Of a DNA stretch of 64,000 nucleotides, positions 20,020 through 31,101 are shown piece by piece. Each line of letters opens with the position of its first letter. Within the stretch, counting starts at the first letter, position 1. The translations under genes and the position numbers were made by a program. The notes beneath the pieces were generated by a model. The model searched no databases. It saw only the letters and a program-made list of their open reading frames with translations, and was not told where the DNA came from. This DNA is from a bacterium (GTDB lineage: Bacteria; JADJOY01). The stretch covers positions 1 to 64,000 of the forward strand of contig JAXLQJ010000006.1 of NCBI GenBank assembly GCA_046331705.1. The letters run 5' to 3'.

Positions 20020-22071
20020 TCAAACGAGGCCGATCACGCTCAGCGCGACGTCGATGATCTTGATGCCGAGGAACGGTGCGAGCACGCCGCCCACGCCGTA
20101 GATCAGCAGCGAGCGGCGAAGCAGCGCCGCGGCCCCGATGGGCCGATACGTCACGCCGCGCAGCGCCAGCGGAATGAGCAGGATGATGATGATCGCGTTG
20201 AAGATCACCGCCGCGAGAATCGCGCTGAGCGGCGAGGTCAGGTGCATCACGTTGAGCGGCGCGATCTCCGGGAAGACGCCCATGAAGATGGCCGGCAGGA
20301 TCGCGAAGTACTTGGCGACGTCGTTGGCGATCGAGAACGTGGTGAGCGTGCCGCGGGTCATGAGCAGCTGCTTCCCGACCTCCACCACCTCCAGCAGCTT
20401 GGTGGGGTTCGAGTCGAGATCCACCATGTTGCCGGCCTCTTTCGCGGCCTGGGTGCCGGTATTCATCGCCACGCCCACGTCGGCCTGAGCGAGCGCGGGC
20501 GCGTCGTTGGTGCCGTCGCCGGTCATCGCCACGAGCTTGCCCTTGGCCTGCTCCTCGCGGATGAAGCGCATCTTCATCTCGGGTGTCGCCTCGGCCAGGA
20601 AGTCGTCGACCCCCGCCTCGGCGGCGATGGCACCCGCCGTGCGCGGGTTGTCGCCAGTGATCATCACGGTGCGGATGCCCATGGCGCGGAACCGCGCAAA
20701 GCGCTCCTTGATGCCTTCCTTCACGACGTCCTTGAGGTGGATCACACCCAGGATCTGCCGTCCGTCCGCCACGGCCAGCGGCGTGCCGCCCGACGAGCCG
20801 ATGCGGTCGGCGATGTCACGCAGCTCCTTCGGAACCGAGCCTCCTTGGGACTCGACCCATTGCGCAACCGCGTCCACGGCGCCTTTGCGGATCATGCGGC
20901 CGTCGAGGTCGCAGCCGCTCATGCGCGTCTGCGCGGTGAACGGGATGAAGTGGGCGCCGATGCCCTGGATGTTGCGGGCGCGAATCGCGAACTTCTCCTT
21001 GACCAGCACGACGATGGAGCGGCCCTCGGGAGTCTCGTCGGCGAGGCTCGCGAGCTGCGATGCGTCCGCCAGGTCCTCCGTCCGCACGCCCGCGACGGGG
21101 ATCAGCTCGTGCGCCATGCGGTTGCCGAGGGTGATGGTGCCGGTCTTGTCGAGCAGCAACGTGTCGACGTCGCCCGCCGCCTCCACCGCGCGCCCGCTCA
21201 TCGCGAGCACGTTCTTCTGCAGCAGCCGGTCCATGCCAGCGATGCCGATGGCCGAGACGAGCCCGCCGATGGTGGTGGGGATCAGACAGACCAAGAGCGC
21301 CACGATGACGGTCGTGGAAAGCGTGATTCCCGAGTAGAGGGCGAGCGGTACCAGCGTCACGCACGCGAACAGGAACACCAGCGTGAGCCCCACCAGCAAG
21401 ATGTGCAGCGCGATCTCGTTGGGTGTCTTCTGGCGCGCGGCGCCCTCGACCAATCCGATCATGCGATCCAGAAAGCTCTCGCCCGGGTTGGCGCCGATCC
21501 GCACCACGATCCGATCGGACAGCACCTTGGTGCCGCCCGTGACCGACGACCGGTCGCCGCCGCTCTCGCGGATCACGGGCGCCGACTCGCCGGTGATCGC
21601 CGACTCGTCCACCGACGCGATGCCCTCGATCACCTCACCGTCGCCGGGGATCAGCTCGCCCGCGTCGACGATCACCACGTCGCCCTTCTTGAGAGCGGAA
21701 GCCGGCACCGTCTCCTCGCGCCCCCCTACCTGGCGGCGCGCCGTGGTCTCCTTGCGCATGCGCCGCAGTGTCTGCGCTTGCGCCTTGCCGCGCCCCTCGG
21801 CGACGGCCTCCGCGAAGTTCGCGAACAACACCGTGAACCACAGCCAGAGGCAAACCGCTCCCGTGAACCATCGCGGCGCAGCGCCAGCGGGGGCCGCGAC
21901 CACGTCGCGGATCCACACCACGGCGGTGAGCACCGCGCCCACGCCCACCACGAACATCACCGGATTCTTGGCGAGCAGCCGAGGATCGAGCTTGACGAGG
22001 CTGGCCAGGGACGCCTGCCGCAAGATCGCGGGATCGAACAGCGACTGCGTCGACTTCTCGTGGCGACTCAT
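20020..22071 (-). CDS. kdpB: K+-transporting ATPase subunit B
   Basis: [59 protein letters not shown]. Confidence 0.97.
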   Translation of the reverse strand: MSRHEKSTQSLFDPAILRQASLASLVKLDPRLLAKNPVMFVVGVGAVLTAVVWIRDVVAAPAGAAPRWFTGAVCLWLWFTVLFANFAEAVAEGRGKAQAQTLRRMRKETTARRQVGGREETVPASALKKGDVVIVDAGELIPGDGEVIEGIASVDESAITGESAPVIRESGGDRSSVTGGTKVLSDRIVVRIGANPGESFLDRMIGLVEGAARQKTPNEIALHILLVGLTLVFLFACVTLVPLALYSGITLSTTVIVALLVCLIPTTIGGLVSAIGIAGMDRLLQKNVLAMSGRAVEAAGDVDTLLLDKTGTITLGNRMAHELIPVAGVRTEDLADASQLASLADETPEGRSIVVLVKEKFAIRARNIQGIGAHFIPFTAQTRMSGCDLDGRMIRKGAVDAVAQWVESQGGSVPKELRDIADRIGSSGGTPLAVADGRQILGVIHLKDVVKEGIKERFARFRAMGIRTVMITGDNPRTAGAIAAEAGVDDFLAEATPEMKMRFIREEQAKGKLVAMTGDGTNDAPALAQADVGVAMNTGTQAAKEAGNMVDLDSNPTKLLEVVEVGKQLLMTRGTLTTFSIANDVAKYFAILPAIFMGVFPEIAPLNVMHLTSPLSAILAAVIFNAIIIILLIPLALRGVTYRPIGAAALLRRSLLIYGVGGVLAPFLGIKIIDVALSVIGLV

Positions 22072-22482
22072 GATCCGAACACCTTTCCGTTGCCGGCCAG
22101 GAAGTGCTCGACGACCGGGCCGAGGCAAAGCGCCGGGAAGAACGTCAACGCGCCCACGATCACGACCACGCTGACGAGCAGCACGACGAACGTGGTGCCG
22201 TTGGTCGGGAACGTTCCCGGACCCGCGACGACGGTCTTCTTGCCGACCATCGAGCCGGCGATGGCGAGCGCCGGCAGGATCATCCAGAAGCGGCCCGCGA
22301 GCATCGTGAGCCCGAGGGTCACGTTCCAGAAGCCGGTGTTCGCGTTGAGGCCGGCGAACGCGGAGCCGTTGTTTCCGGCGCCGCTCGAGTACGCGTAGAG
22401 GATCTCGCTCAGGCCGTGCGGCCCGGCGTTGTTGAGCGACGACACGCCGTAGGGCGCCACCGCCTTCAGCAGCGCGGTGCCC
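22068..22482 (-). CDS. kdpA: K+-transporting ATPase subunit A, C-terminal ~135 aa only (cut by the duplicate junction)
   Basis: [43 protein letters not shown]. Upstream sequence switches abruptly to the monooxygenase copy. Confidence 0.9.
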
Positions 22483-22489
22483 GGCTGGC

Positions 22490-23253
22490 GGCATCGGCCA
22501 GGCGGTGGTGGAAGGCGAAGGCGGAAGCTCCCGATCGCATCCACCCGCGCCGGCTTCGAGACCGGCCCGCTCGAGCAGTCGCTGCACGTCCTCGATGGCG
22601 AGGCGGGCGGCTCGTCCATCGTCGCCACGATGCGTGGTGCCCGCCGGGCTGGCGACGGCTCGAGGAGGAAGAAGGCGTCCTCGGAGAAGATCGAGCGGCC
22701 ATGCGCAGCCGGCCCTGGCGCACGAAGAACTGCTCGTAGCCTGCCGGTGAAGCCGATGCCCTGCGCGGCCGCGTACGCCGTCGGCACCGGCCAGCAGGCG
22801 CAGGTCGACGCGGATCCCCGCTCGCCGAGGCGCCACCATCACCGAGACGCCGTGGGCGTCCTGCAGCACGCCGCTCACCGCACGGGAATCCACTCACCCC
22901 AGCTCGCGCAAGCGGCGGGGAGCTCGACTCGGTGACCTGCTGGGGAATCTCAGCATTGCGGAGCTGAGTGGGCAACGTCGGGCTGGTCAGCCGCGCCCGG
23001 TCAGGAGCGGCGGCACGACGTGGCCGCGCGCGCCTGGCGTCACCCCCGGTTGCTCGAGGACTCCTCCAGCGTGCGGGCGTGCACCACGGCCGCGCGTGAT
23101 GTTAGCGCCCTCGGCGATGCGATCGATGAGCACGAACGGGATGCCCCGCGCGGCGGCGAGGACGCAACCGAGCGTGAGCCCGGTGGGTCCGGACCCCACG
23201 ATCAGCACGTCGGTTTCGCCAGGTAGCTCGCGGTTCGATCGAACGGTCTCCAT
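22490..23253 (-). pseudogene. Frameshifted partial copy of the FAD monooxygenase
   Basis: [25 protein letters not shown] is identical to the 5646 gene, followed by many indels. Confidence 0.8.
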
Positions 23254-23471
23254 GTCTCTCGTCTCCCGGTGGCCGCTCGCCTGCGCTACGCGCACGAGGC
23301 GGCGATGTCACGATCCCGAGGAACGCTCGCGGGCCAGGCGCCGAGCCAGGCCGGCGCTCGATCCAATCGACGCGCGGCGCGCGGATTCGCGCGGCGATCC
23401 GGGTGGAGTCGTCGTGCGCTCCGGGTGCGCGGCGACTGTGCACGGATGCGCTTGCGCAGCGATGATCACTC

Positions 23472-25100
23472 GTGCGCAGCTCGTCGCCGTCGCTCCGCTT
23501 GAGGCACCGGGCGCGTCGCGGCAAGAATCGCCGACGCGTGATCTCGAAGCCGGATTCCTCCGACACGGAGCTGCTCGAACGTCTGCTGGCGCTCGACGAG
23601 CTGTTGCCGACGTTGGCCGGCGTGCTCGACGTGCGGCAGGTGTTCGAGCGGTTGTCCACCCTCGCGCGAAGGGTGATCGCTCACGACATGCTGCTCATGA
23701 CGTTGCTCGCCGACGATCGGGGCCACGTCACGGTACGCGATCACCGGCGGCGAGGGGACGTTTCCGCCACGGTGATCGCGCTCACCGGGCAGAAGGTGCT
23801 CGCTCGCTCCCTCGTGGGAGGAGTCACGTGGTGGCGGACATGCAGGCCGAGCCCTCGGGGCGGAACTTGCCGCCGGGCCAGAGCGGATACCGGGCTCGGT
23901 TGATGGTTCCGCTGCGCCTGCGCGGCGAGCACTTGAGGGGCGCTGGACTTCTTCTCGCTGCGGACCGACGTGTACCGGGACGTCGACGTGCTGGTGGCGC
24001 GCCGCATCGCGGATCACGTGGCGCTGGCGTTGTCGCATCAGCAGTTGGCCGAGGAGGCGGAGCGGGCCGCCGCGGCGCGCGAGCGCGCGGCGGCGCTCGG
24101 TACGCGCTGACGGCGGAGGTCGATGCGCCGGGCACGGACGAATCGTCGGCGAATCCCCGGCGTGGAGGGCACGCGCTGAAGCAGGCCGCCCAGGTCGCCG
24201 TCACCGATACCACCGTCTTGTTGCTCGGCGAGTCCGGGACCGGAAAGGAAGTGTTGGCACGGCTCATCCACCGGGTTTCCGCTCGCGAGCAGGCACCCTT
24301 CGTGGCGGTGAACTGTGCCGCGCTTCCCGAGCAGCTCCTCGAGTCGGGGCTCTTCGGGCACGAGCGTGGTGCGTTCACCGGAGCCTGGCCGCGAAGCGGT
24401 CAGATCGAGCTGGCGGAATCCGGCGTGCTCTTCCTCGACGAGGTGAGCGAGATGAGGTCAAACGGCGCAAGCGAAGTTCTTGCGCGTGCTGCAGGAGCGT
24501 GAGTTCCAGCGTCTCGGTGGGACCCGCACGATCAAGTCCAACGTACGCATCATCGCGGCCACGAACCGGGATCTCTCGACGGCGATCGCGCGCGGAGGGC
24601 TTCCGCGAGGACCTCTACACCGGCTGAACGTCTTCGAGATCGCGCTGCCGCCGTTACCGCGATCCAGGCCGAGGACATCCTGCCGCTCAGCGACGCGTTC
24701 CTCCACGACATCGCCCGATCCGCTCGGCCGCGCGCCGGCTCGGCTTCTCCTGGGACGCGCGTCCGCTTCTGCTCGGGCACGACTGGCCGGGAAACGTGAG
24801 GCAGCTGCGGAACGTGCTGGAGCGCGCCGCCATCGTCTGCGAAGACGGGATCATCACGCGCGAGCAACTGTCGCTGCCGGCTCGGGTGGGAAGCTCGGCA
24901 CCATCGCCAGGCAACGAGACGGCAGCGAGCGAGACGCGGATGCTTCCGCCACGCCGATGGCGCTCGCGGCCCTCGAGCGCGCGGCGATCGAACGCGCGCT
25001 TGCCGAGGCGCGCTTCAACAAGTCGAAGGCCGCCCGCGCGCCAGGGCTCACCACGCCAGCTCTACGTGCGGCTGCGCGGATACGGCCTGGACCGCGTGAT
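23472..25100 (+). pseudogene. Frameshifted copy of the GAF-sigma54 activator
   Basis: Fragments [19 protein letters not shown] and [10 protein letters not shown] fall in different frames. Confidence 0.8.
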
Positions 25101-25216
25101 CCTCGACGGCAGGCACGGCGCTTGCTCTCGCAGCGCACGATCCGGCAGCAGGTGTTCCGATGCGTGTGCGCGGAAGCCCCCGCCTCGGCTGGGCGTGCTC
25201 GTGAGATCGAGGAAGC

Positions 25217-25815
25217 ATGCGACGAAGCGGCGGCGCTCGGCTCGTTCGTGCGATGGTCTGCGCCGTGGCGCTCGCGGCGCCAGCCGCGGCGTGGGCCGGA
25301 AGAATCGGGCTCGGGCTCCGTCGGACGACCCCTCGCGGTGGGGGTGCAGCTCGATCTCTTTCCGACGATCGTCAGCGCCGCGAATGGCAAGCTCGGACAC
25401 GCCGCAGATCTGGATCGGCATCAGTGCCTGCGATTGCGGCTGATCGGCGCCCATCTGGAGCCGCCCGATGCGTTCGCCTTCGACGACGACTTCGAGACCC
25501 GACGTCCACCGTGCTCGCCGCGGTGGTCGACTACACCTTCGGCGAGCGATTCGACCCGGGTGGTGGCTGGCTGAGTGGCGGCTTCGGTGTGGGAGCGCAC
25601 GGTGCGGCACGAAGGCTCGCGCGACGAGCTCGCTTGGACATCATCGAGCGATCGGCGATCGAGATTTACATCTTCGCGGGTGACTTCGTCAGTCCGTGGC
25701 TCGGCGTGCACGCGACGCTGAACCCCGAGACCATCGAGGGCGCAGGCTTCGAATACGAGCCGCCCGCCGTCGTGGCGAACGCGTCGTCAAGATCGGCTGG
25801 TTCTCGGCCTGGTGA
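25217..25815 (+). pseudogene. Frameshifted copy of the 3043-3654 barrel gene
   Basis: MRRSGGARLVRAMVC ... PWLGVHATLNPETIEG, with internal indels. Confidence 0.75.
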
Positions 25816-25870
25816 AGGCCGCGCGCCGCGCGAGCCGGGATGGCCGACGCCGCTGTCGCGGCGCCGCCGA

Positions 25871-26198
25871 TCAGCCGCCGCAGATCACCGGGCACAGCGC
25901 GCGCGGGGACCTCGATCCGCCGGTCCGGAGCGCGTCCCTCCGGCAAGTGGACGCGCAGCGTGGTGGGATGCTCTCCCAGGTTCGCGCACGAGGAACAGCC
26001 AGCGCTGTCCACGCACAGCCAGTCGTCCGGTGTCTCGAACGCCGCTCAACCTTCGGTCATCCGTCCGTCGGCGTCGAGGGGCAGGTAGTCGGCCGCCAGC
26101 GCCCCGAGCTCAGTGCGGCTGGGGCCACCGACTTGGCGCAGCCACAGGCGGAGAAGCATCGCGATGGCGGCGATGGGCGGAAGCGTGCGTCGGCTCAT
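25871..26198 (-). pseudogene. Frameshifted copy of the 2645-2983 lipoprotein
   Basis: DSAGCSSCANLGEHPTT fragment. Confidence 0.65.
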
Positions 26199-26363
26199 GG
26201 TTGCAGGGTCTCCTCCAGCGGATCGCGCTGCAGGTCAGGCTGGGGCGCGACTGTCGCATGCTGTGCCGCTGCGCTGGAGCGCGTCACGAGGTCGCATCGC
26301 GCAGTTGACTGCATGGACGGCGACGCGCGGCGTGGCGATGTTGTCCTCGTCATGAAGGGCGGC

Positions 26364-26803
26364 ATGCGTTCGACGGTGGCGTTCGTGATCTGCCTCGCGG
26401 CGTTCTCGCTGGGCGCGTCCACGCCTGGTACGGACGTGGATCGCGAGGCGTATCGTGTCGCCCACGATCTGATGAGCCCGTTTTACCCGGGCCACCCTCG
26501 CCGATTGCCCCAGCCCGTACGCGCGCGAGGTGCGTCGGGAGGATTCGGGAGTCGCTCGCGAGCGGCATGACGGCGAGCAATTGACGGCCCGCGTCACCAG
26601 GCTCGGCGACGGGTGCGCGGGCGGCCGCGCAACAGCTGGGGCTGGGCCATTCCCGCGCTCGTCACGCTCGGCGGCCTCGTCGTCGCCTTCGCGGTCATCC
26701 GCCGCCTCGCGCTGCAGCCGGTGCGACGCGCGAACGAGGAAGTCGCCCTCTTCGCCGAGCGCCGCTCGCGAGGCTCGACGGCGAGCTGCGCGCGCTCTCG
26801 TGA
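26364..26803 (+). pseudogene. Frameshifted copy of the ccmH-like gene
   Basis: MRSTVAFVICL..LMSPF and WGWAIPALV are in different frames. Confidence 0.7.
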
Positions 26804-26815
26804 TCGACGCCCGCG

Positions 26816-27950
26816 TCAGGGCAGCGGAGCGGCGAAAACGTCGGATCGCTGACGAGCTCGGGGTCGGTGAGGGATTCGAGGAAAGCGATCAAGTCCGCCT
26901 TCTCGCTCGGCGCCGAAGCCGCGCAGTGAGTCTTGGGCAGGCTGCGCGCGCCATCGCCCGCGAGCTGGCCCAGGTGATGACCGCCCCGCCGCGGGCGTAG
27001 TGGTCGACGACCTCGGCCAGCGTGGCGATCGAGCCGTCGTGCATGTAGGGCGCGGTGACGGCCACGTTGCGCAGGCTGGGCGGACGAAATCGGCCCATGT
27101 CGGCGAGGTCGGTGGTGACCGCGTAGATCGGGATTGTCCGGCAGGTACGCGCCGTGACCATCGAGGTTGTAGAGCCCGTTGTTCTCGAACTTGGGCGGAT
27201 CGTCGATCTTGCCTTCGCGATGGATGGCGCCCGAGAAGTCGAGGCCGCCGTGGCAGTGGTCGCATTCGAGGCGACCGGCGAGAAGAGATCCATGCCGCCG
27301 AGGCGAATCCGAAGGTGCCGCGGGCTCGCCACCGTAGACCGCGCGGTCGTAGGGCGAACGTCCCGTGACGACGGTGCGCTGGAACGCGCCGAGCGCGCGG
27401 GTGAGGGTGGCGATGCTCACGGGCTCGTCGGCGTGATCGGGAAACGCGGCCTGGAAGCGGGCCGGGGTGTCCGCGTCGTTCTCGAGCCGCGCGACCAGCT
27501 CGTCCTCGCCGCCCACGAACCCGAGCTCCACCGGACGCTCGCCGAACATCGGCACCAGCGCCTGGTGCTCGAAGGTCGTGAGCAGCGGGTTCGCCCAGGT
27601 GAGCGCCGGCCGATAGGCGGCGTTGGCGATCGACGGAGAGTTGCGCGGATGCGTCTCGCCGGTGAGCCCACCGAATTGACCATCGGTGAACAGCTCTCGC
27701 CGGCGGAACCGCAAGACTGCGTGCCGTTCCGCGACAGGCGCGTGTCGAGGAGCCTCCGCCCCGAGCTCCACCTTGGCATCGGTCATCGGGTTGTCGTCCG
27801 GGACGACGGGGTCGGGAACCCGGGCGGAGGCTGCCAGTCGTAGGATGTGGTGGAGGGTGCGACGAGGTGGCGTTTCCGCACGCCACCCCGGCGCAAAAAC
27901 GCACCCGGCCGGCAGGAGCACTCGTCCAGTCCCGCGCATTGCAGCTCGTC
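26816..27950 (-). pseudogene. mbnH: Frameshifted copy of mbnH
   Basis: RNSPSIANAAY, ECDHCHG and [19 protein letters not shown] are spread across frames. Confidence 0.8.
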
Positions 27951-28817
27951 GTTCCACCGAGAACACGTCCTGCTCGCCACCCGGCTGATCGCCGAACGGC
28001 AAGCCGAGGTGAGCGAGGGTAGGCGAGCACTCCAGGTCGCCCGGGAACGACATGCAACCCGGCGCCGTCTCCGGCGTGTTCACGTCGACGTCGCTGTCCG
28101 ACAGAGCAGCGACGTCGAGGACCACGACGTTCCGCCCGGATCGAAGCCGTTGGCGAGCGGGATCTCCGCGTCGACGCGGTTCGGCTCGCTACGCGCTCAC
28201 GTTGCCCGCGCCGTCGCCCTCGCAGCCGGTGCTGCCCAAGTGGAGGAAGAAGCCGTCGACCTGGCCGGTGGTCGCGAGCTCGACCTTGATGAACTTGTAG
28301 CCGAAGTTCCAGCTCCAGAAGAGCGGTGTCTCGTCGGCGGTGCGGGGGCGGTGGTGGCGTCGCCGTGGTTGAGCGCGAACGGCACGCCCACGGTGAAGTG
28401 GATCCGCGCCGCGTGGCCGGACTCGACCGTGCCTCGGATCGGCGTGTTGGTCGCCGCGGTGCCCTCGGCGGCGCAGCGTCCGGTGCCGTCCTCGAAGTCG
28501 AGAAGGGCCACGTCGTCGAGCTGCCACTCGCCATCCTGCTCGAGCGTCACGAAGCGCTCGCTCTCGTCGTCGTTCACGAAATGGATGTCCGAGACGTAGA
28601 ACCGACCGTCCATGGGCTCGCCGGTCGAGGACGTCGTGCCGAGACCTTCGTAGCGCTGGCCGCAGGCGAACGGCTCATCGCCCACACGCGCCTCGAATTG
28701 GATCTCGATCGGCTGTGGGCCGGAGACCGTCTTGTCGTCGCTGCCACAACCGGCTGCGACCAGCCCCAGCGTCACCGAGCCCAACATCCAGAACCTCCCG
28801 CGAAACGCGTTCGTCAT
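27951..28817 (-). pseudogene. mbnP: Copy of mbnP including the true start codon; frameshifted in the 3' half
   Basis: MTNAFRGRFWMLGSVTLGLVAAGC..., nearly identical to positions 1-450, then a frameshift near 28340. Confidence 0.8.
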
Positions 28818-28892
28818 CTCTCTTCCCCTCGGCATGTGGTTGGGTTTCCCGCGTATTGGGCCGAAGCTAGCGAGGGTGACGCGGTGCTGAAA

Positions 28893-28908
28893 TGCGACAA
28901 ATCGTCGC
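28893..28908. promoter_or_regulatory. RegA/RegR-type palindrome between divergent mbnP and csp
   Basis: TGCGAC-AAATC-GTCGC. Confidence 0.7.
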
Positions 28909-29014
28909 GGCGCCAGCGGCGGGAGTGAGAATCGGTGGCGACCCGTGTCGCGGCGTGCTTGGATGCTCGTCGTGCAGGCTCACCACCAACCCGATTCCGT
29001 GGGAGGAACGACCG

Positions 29015-29428
29015 ATGACGATGGAGCGACGCGAGATGATTCTCGCCACAGCGGGGGTATTGGCCGCTGGTCTGGTGACCCCGACCACCGCGGCGGAGGC
29101 GCCGCCGGCGTTCGCGGAGGTCGCGGGACGCTGCGTGGTCGTGGGGAACGAATGCCTACAGCACTGCCTCGACCTGCTCGCGAAAGGCGACACGGCGATC
29201 GCCGATTGCGCCCGTGAAGTACGTCAGATGCTGGCGATCTGCGCCGCCGCGGGGCCGATGGCCGCAGCGAAGGGTAAGCGCCTCGCAGCGTTCGCGAAGC
29301 TCTGCGCCGACGTGTGCGGCGACTGCGAGAGCGCCTGCCGTAAGCACGAGGCCGATCACGAGATCTGCAAGCGCTGCGCGGAAGCGTGCGCCGCAGTCGT
29401 CGCCGAAGCCCGCAAGCTCGCGGCGTGA
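29015..29428 (+). CDS. Tat-exported copper storage protein (Csp1/2-like Cys-lined four-helix bundle)
   Basis: RBS GGAGG; twin-Arg signal MERREMILA; 12 Cys in CxxxC/CxxC repeats (CLQHC, CADVCGDCESAC, CKRCAEAC); KHEADH. Confidence 0.9.
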   Translation: MTMERREMILATAGVLAAGLVTPTTAAEAPPAFAEVAGRCVVVGNECLQHCLDLLAKGDTAIADCAREVRQMLAICAAAGPMAAAKGKRLAAFAKLCADVCGDCESACRKHEADHEICKRCAEACAAVVAEARKLAA

Positions 29429-29462
29429 GGCCCCGCGGCCTGGGGCCGTGTGCCGTCCGCGC

Positions 29463-30950
29463 TCAGCGCTCGCCAGCGCGGATGCGACGTCCCGTGGCCA
29501 GGCTCACCAGCATCGCCAACGTCCCCGCGACCAGGATCGTCGTGCCGGCGGCCGAGAGCACGTGCAGGATCTGGAGCTCGCCGGCGTAGGCGTTGGCGCG
29601 GAACGGCTGGCCCGCGAACCCGGTGACGAAGAGCGGCAAGAACGTCGTGTAGAGGCCGGCCACGACCAACCCTGCGGCGATGCGTCCCCAGCCGTCGGCA
29701 ACCTCGCGTCTCGCCAGTCGCGGCCACACGCGGTGCAAACCCGCGAGGAACGCGAGCAGCGGCGCGGCGAAGACCATCCAGTGGAGATGGGTGGTCGCGA
29801 GCACGGTGCGCGACGCCATCACCCGCGTGGCGGGCATGGCCATCAACAAGCTGGTGGCGAGCCCGAGCGCGAGCGTGGGCAGAAATGCGATCGCGTAGAT
29901 TCCCGCGGCGTCGAGCGCAGGAGGCTGCCGCCAGAGGCGTCGCAGCTGACCCGCCAGCAGCGCGGTCACGCTCGCGAACGCCAGCGCGCTCACCACGGCT
30001 TCCATCGCGATGCTGCCCGGGCCGGCCGCTGGAGCGGACGTGGGGCCGAGCCACGCGAAGAGCCCCGTGAAGGCGAGCAGCCACAGGGCCACGGTCGAGC
30101 GCAGCCCGCTCGATTCGTCGCTACGCGCGGCGAGCACGCTCGAGACCGCGCCCAGCGAGCCGAGCAGCAGGATGCTCTGGAGCGCCGACACCGCGATCCG
30201 GAAGCCCTGCGTGAAGAGCTCGGGGTCGCCGCCGGCGCTCGCGTCGAAGAGGCTGAGCCCGAGGGCGGCGTCCAGGAGGACCACGCTGACGCAGCTCGCG
30301 AGGATCGCGCACGCGACCAGACCGCTGAGGGCGACGAGCAGAAAAGCCGTCGCCAGGTCCGGTGTGGCCTGCGCGCGCGCGGTGGTTCGCCGCCAGTGCA
30401 GGATGGTCGCGGTCTGGCTCGTGCACAGCACCGAGATCCCCAGGATGCCGACGAGCACGCCGATGGCCGCGGTGCGAACGCCGGGCGCGGCGAATTGCCA
30501 ACCGAGCTCGCCGTCGAACAGCCAGCCGGCCTCGGTCCCGCCGCCGACGAACCCCGCCAGCACGATCGCTCCGCCGGCGGCCAGCAGCTGCCACGACGCG
30601 CGCGCCAGCCGCGGGAACACGACGCGCTCGAGCCCGAGCGCGTCGAGCAGCAGCGACTGGCCGAGGATCGCCGGGAAGAGCGGCACCATGACGAAGTAGA
30701 TCCCGAGGGTGCCGTGAAGCGAGAGCAACGCGCCGAAGGTGCGCGCCTCGAACGCATCGAGCGGCGGCGTCAGCCATTCGCGCTGGATGGCCGCGGCCGC
30801 TAGCCCTCCCGCGAGACCGAACAACAATGTCAGGAGCAGCTGGCGGCGCGCGAGGCGCTGCGGCGCCGTCGTGAGGAGCGAGTCGAGCATCTCCTCGTGG
30901 GTCGACCGCTCGCGGTCGAGCGCGGTGTCCAGCGTGTGGGTGAGGTTCAT
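29463..30950 (-). CDS. Divergent heme-copper oxidase subunit I (COX1-fold) paralog lacking the CuB ligands
   Basis: Collinear with Cox1: LHGTLGIYF..VFPRL, AGW, SLFDASAGGDP, THLHW, TFLP..GFAGQPFR. The HPEVY and WAHH motifs are absent. Confidence 0.8.
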   Translation of the reverse strand: MNLTHTLDTALDRERSTHEEMLDSLLTTAPQRLARRQLLLTLLFGLAGGLAAAAIQREWLTPPLDAFEARTFGALLSLHGTLGIYFVMVPLFPAILGQSLLLDALGLERVVFPRLARASWQLLAAGGAIVLAGFVGGGTEAGWLFDGELGWQFAAPGVRTAAIGVLVGILGISVLCTSQTATILHWRRTTARAQATPDLATAFLLVALSGLVACAILASCVSVVLLDAALGLSLFDASAGGDPELFTQGFRIAVSALQSILLLGSLGAVSSVLAARSDESSGLRSTVALWLLAFTGLFAWLGPTSAPAAGPGSIAMEAVVSALAFASVTALLAGQLRRLWRQPPALDAAGIYAIAFLPTLALGLATSLLMAMPATRVMASRTVLATTHLHWMVFAAPLLAFLAGLHRVWPRLARREVADGWGRIAAGLVVAGLYTTFLPLFVTGFAGQPFRANAYAGELQILHVLSAAGTTILVAGTLAMLVSLATGRRIRAGER

Positions 30951-31022
30951 CGGGGTGCCTTCCCGCCACGGATGAGAAGTGGACGAGGTAATGGGCTAGC
31001 CGCCCGCGAGGCGCCTGGCAAC

Positions 31023-31038
31023 GCGACAAGGGGTCGCA
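31023..31038. promoter_or_regulatory. RegA/RegR-type palindrome between the divergent cox1-like and YtkA-like genes
   Basis: GCGAC-AAGGG-GTCGCA. Confidence 0.6.
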
Positions 31039-31101
31039 CGCCGGCCACGCGCCGCGCGCCGGCGTTGACGCCTCGCGCTGGGATCGACGAAAAGCTCGCC
31101 C

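Larger units (their letters stand above)
22480..28792. repeat. Inverted, indel-rich copy of positions ~1-6495 (probable assembly/read artefact)
   Basis: Same seven genes in reverse order, all frameshifted. The copy is most divergent near 22.5-23.1 kb and near-identical at 28.35-28.79 kb. Confidence 0.93.

Noticed and set aside
22068-22893. Apparent novel monooxygenase-KdpA/KdpB fusion ORFs
   Set aside because: Created by the duplicate junction at ~22480; not a credible gene.
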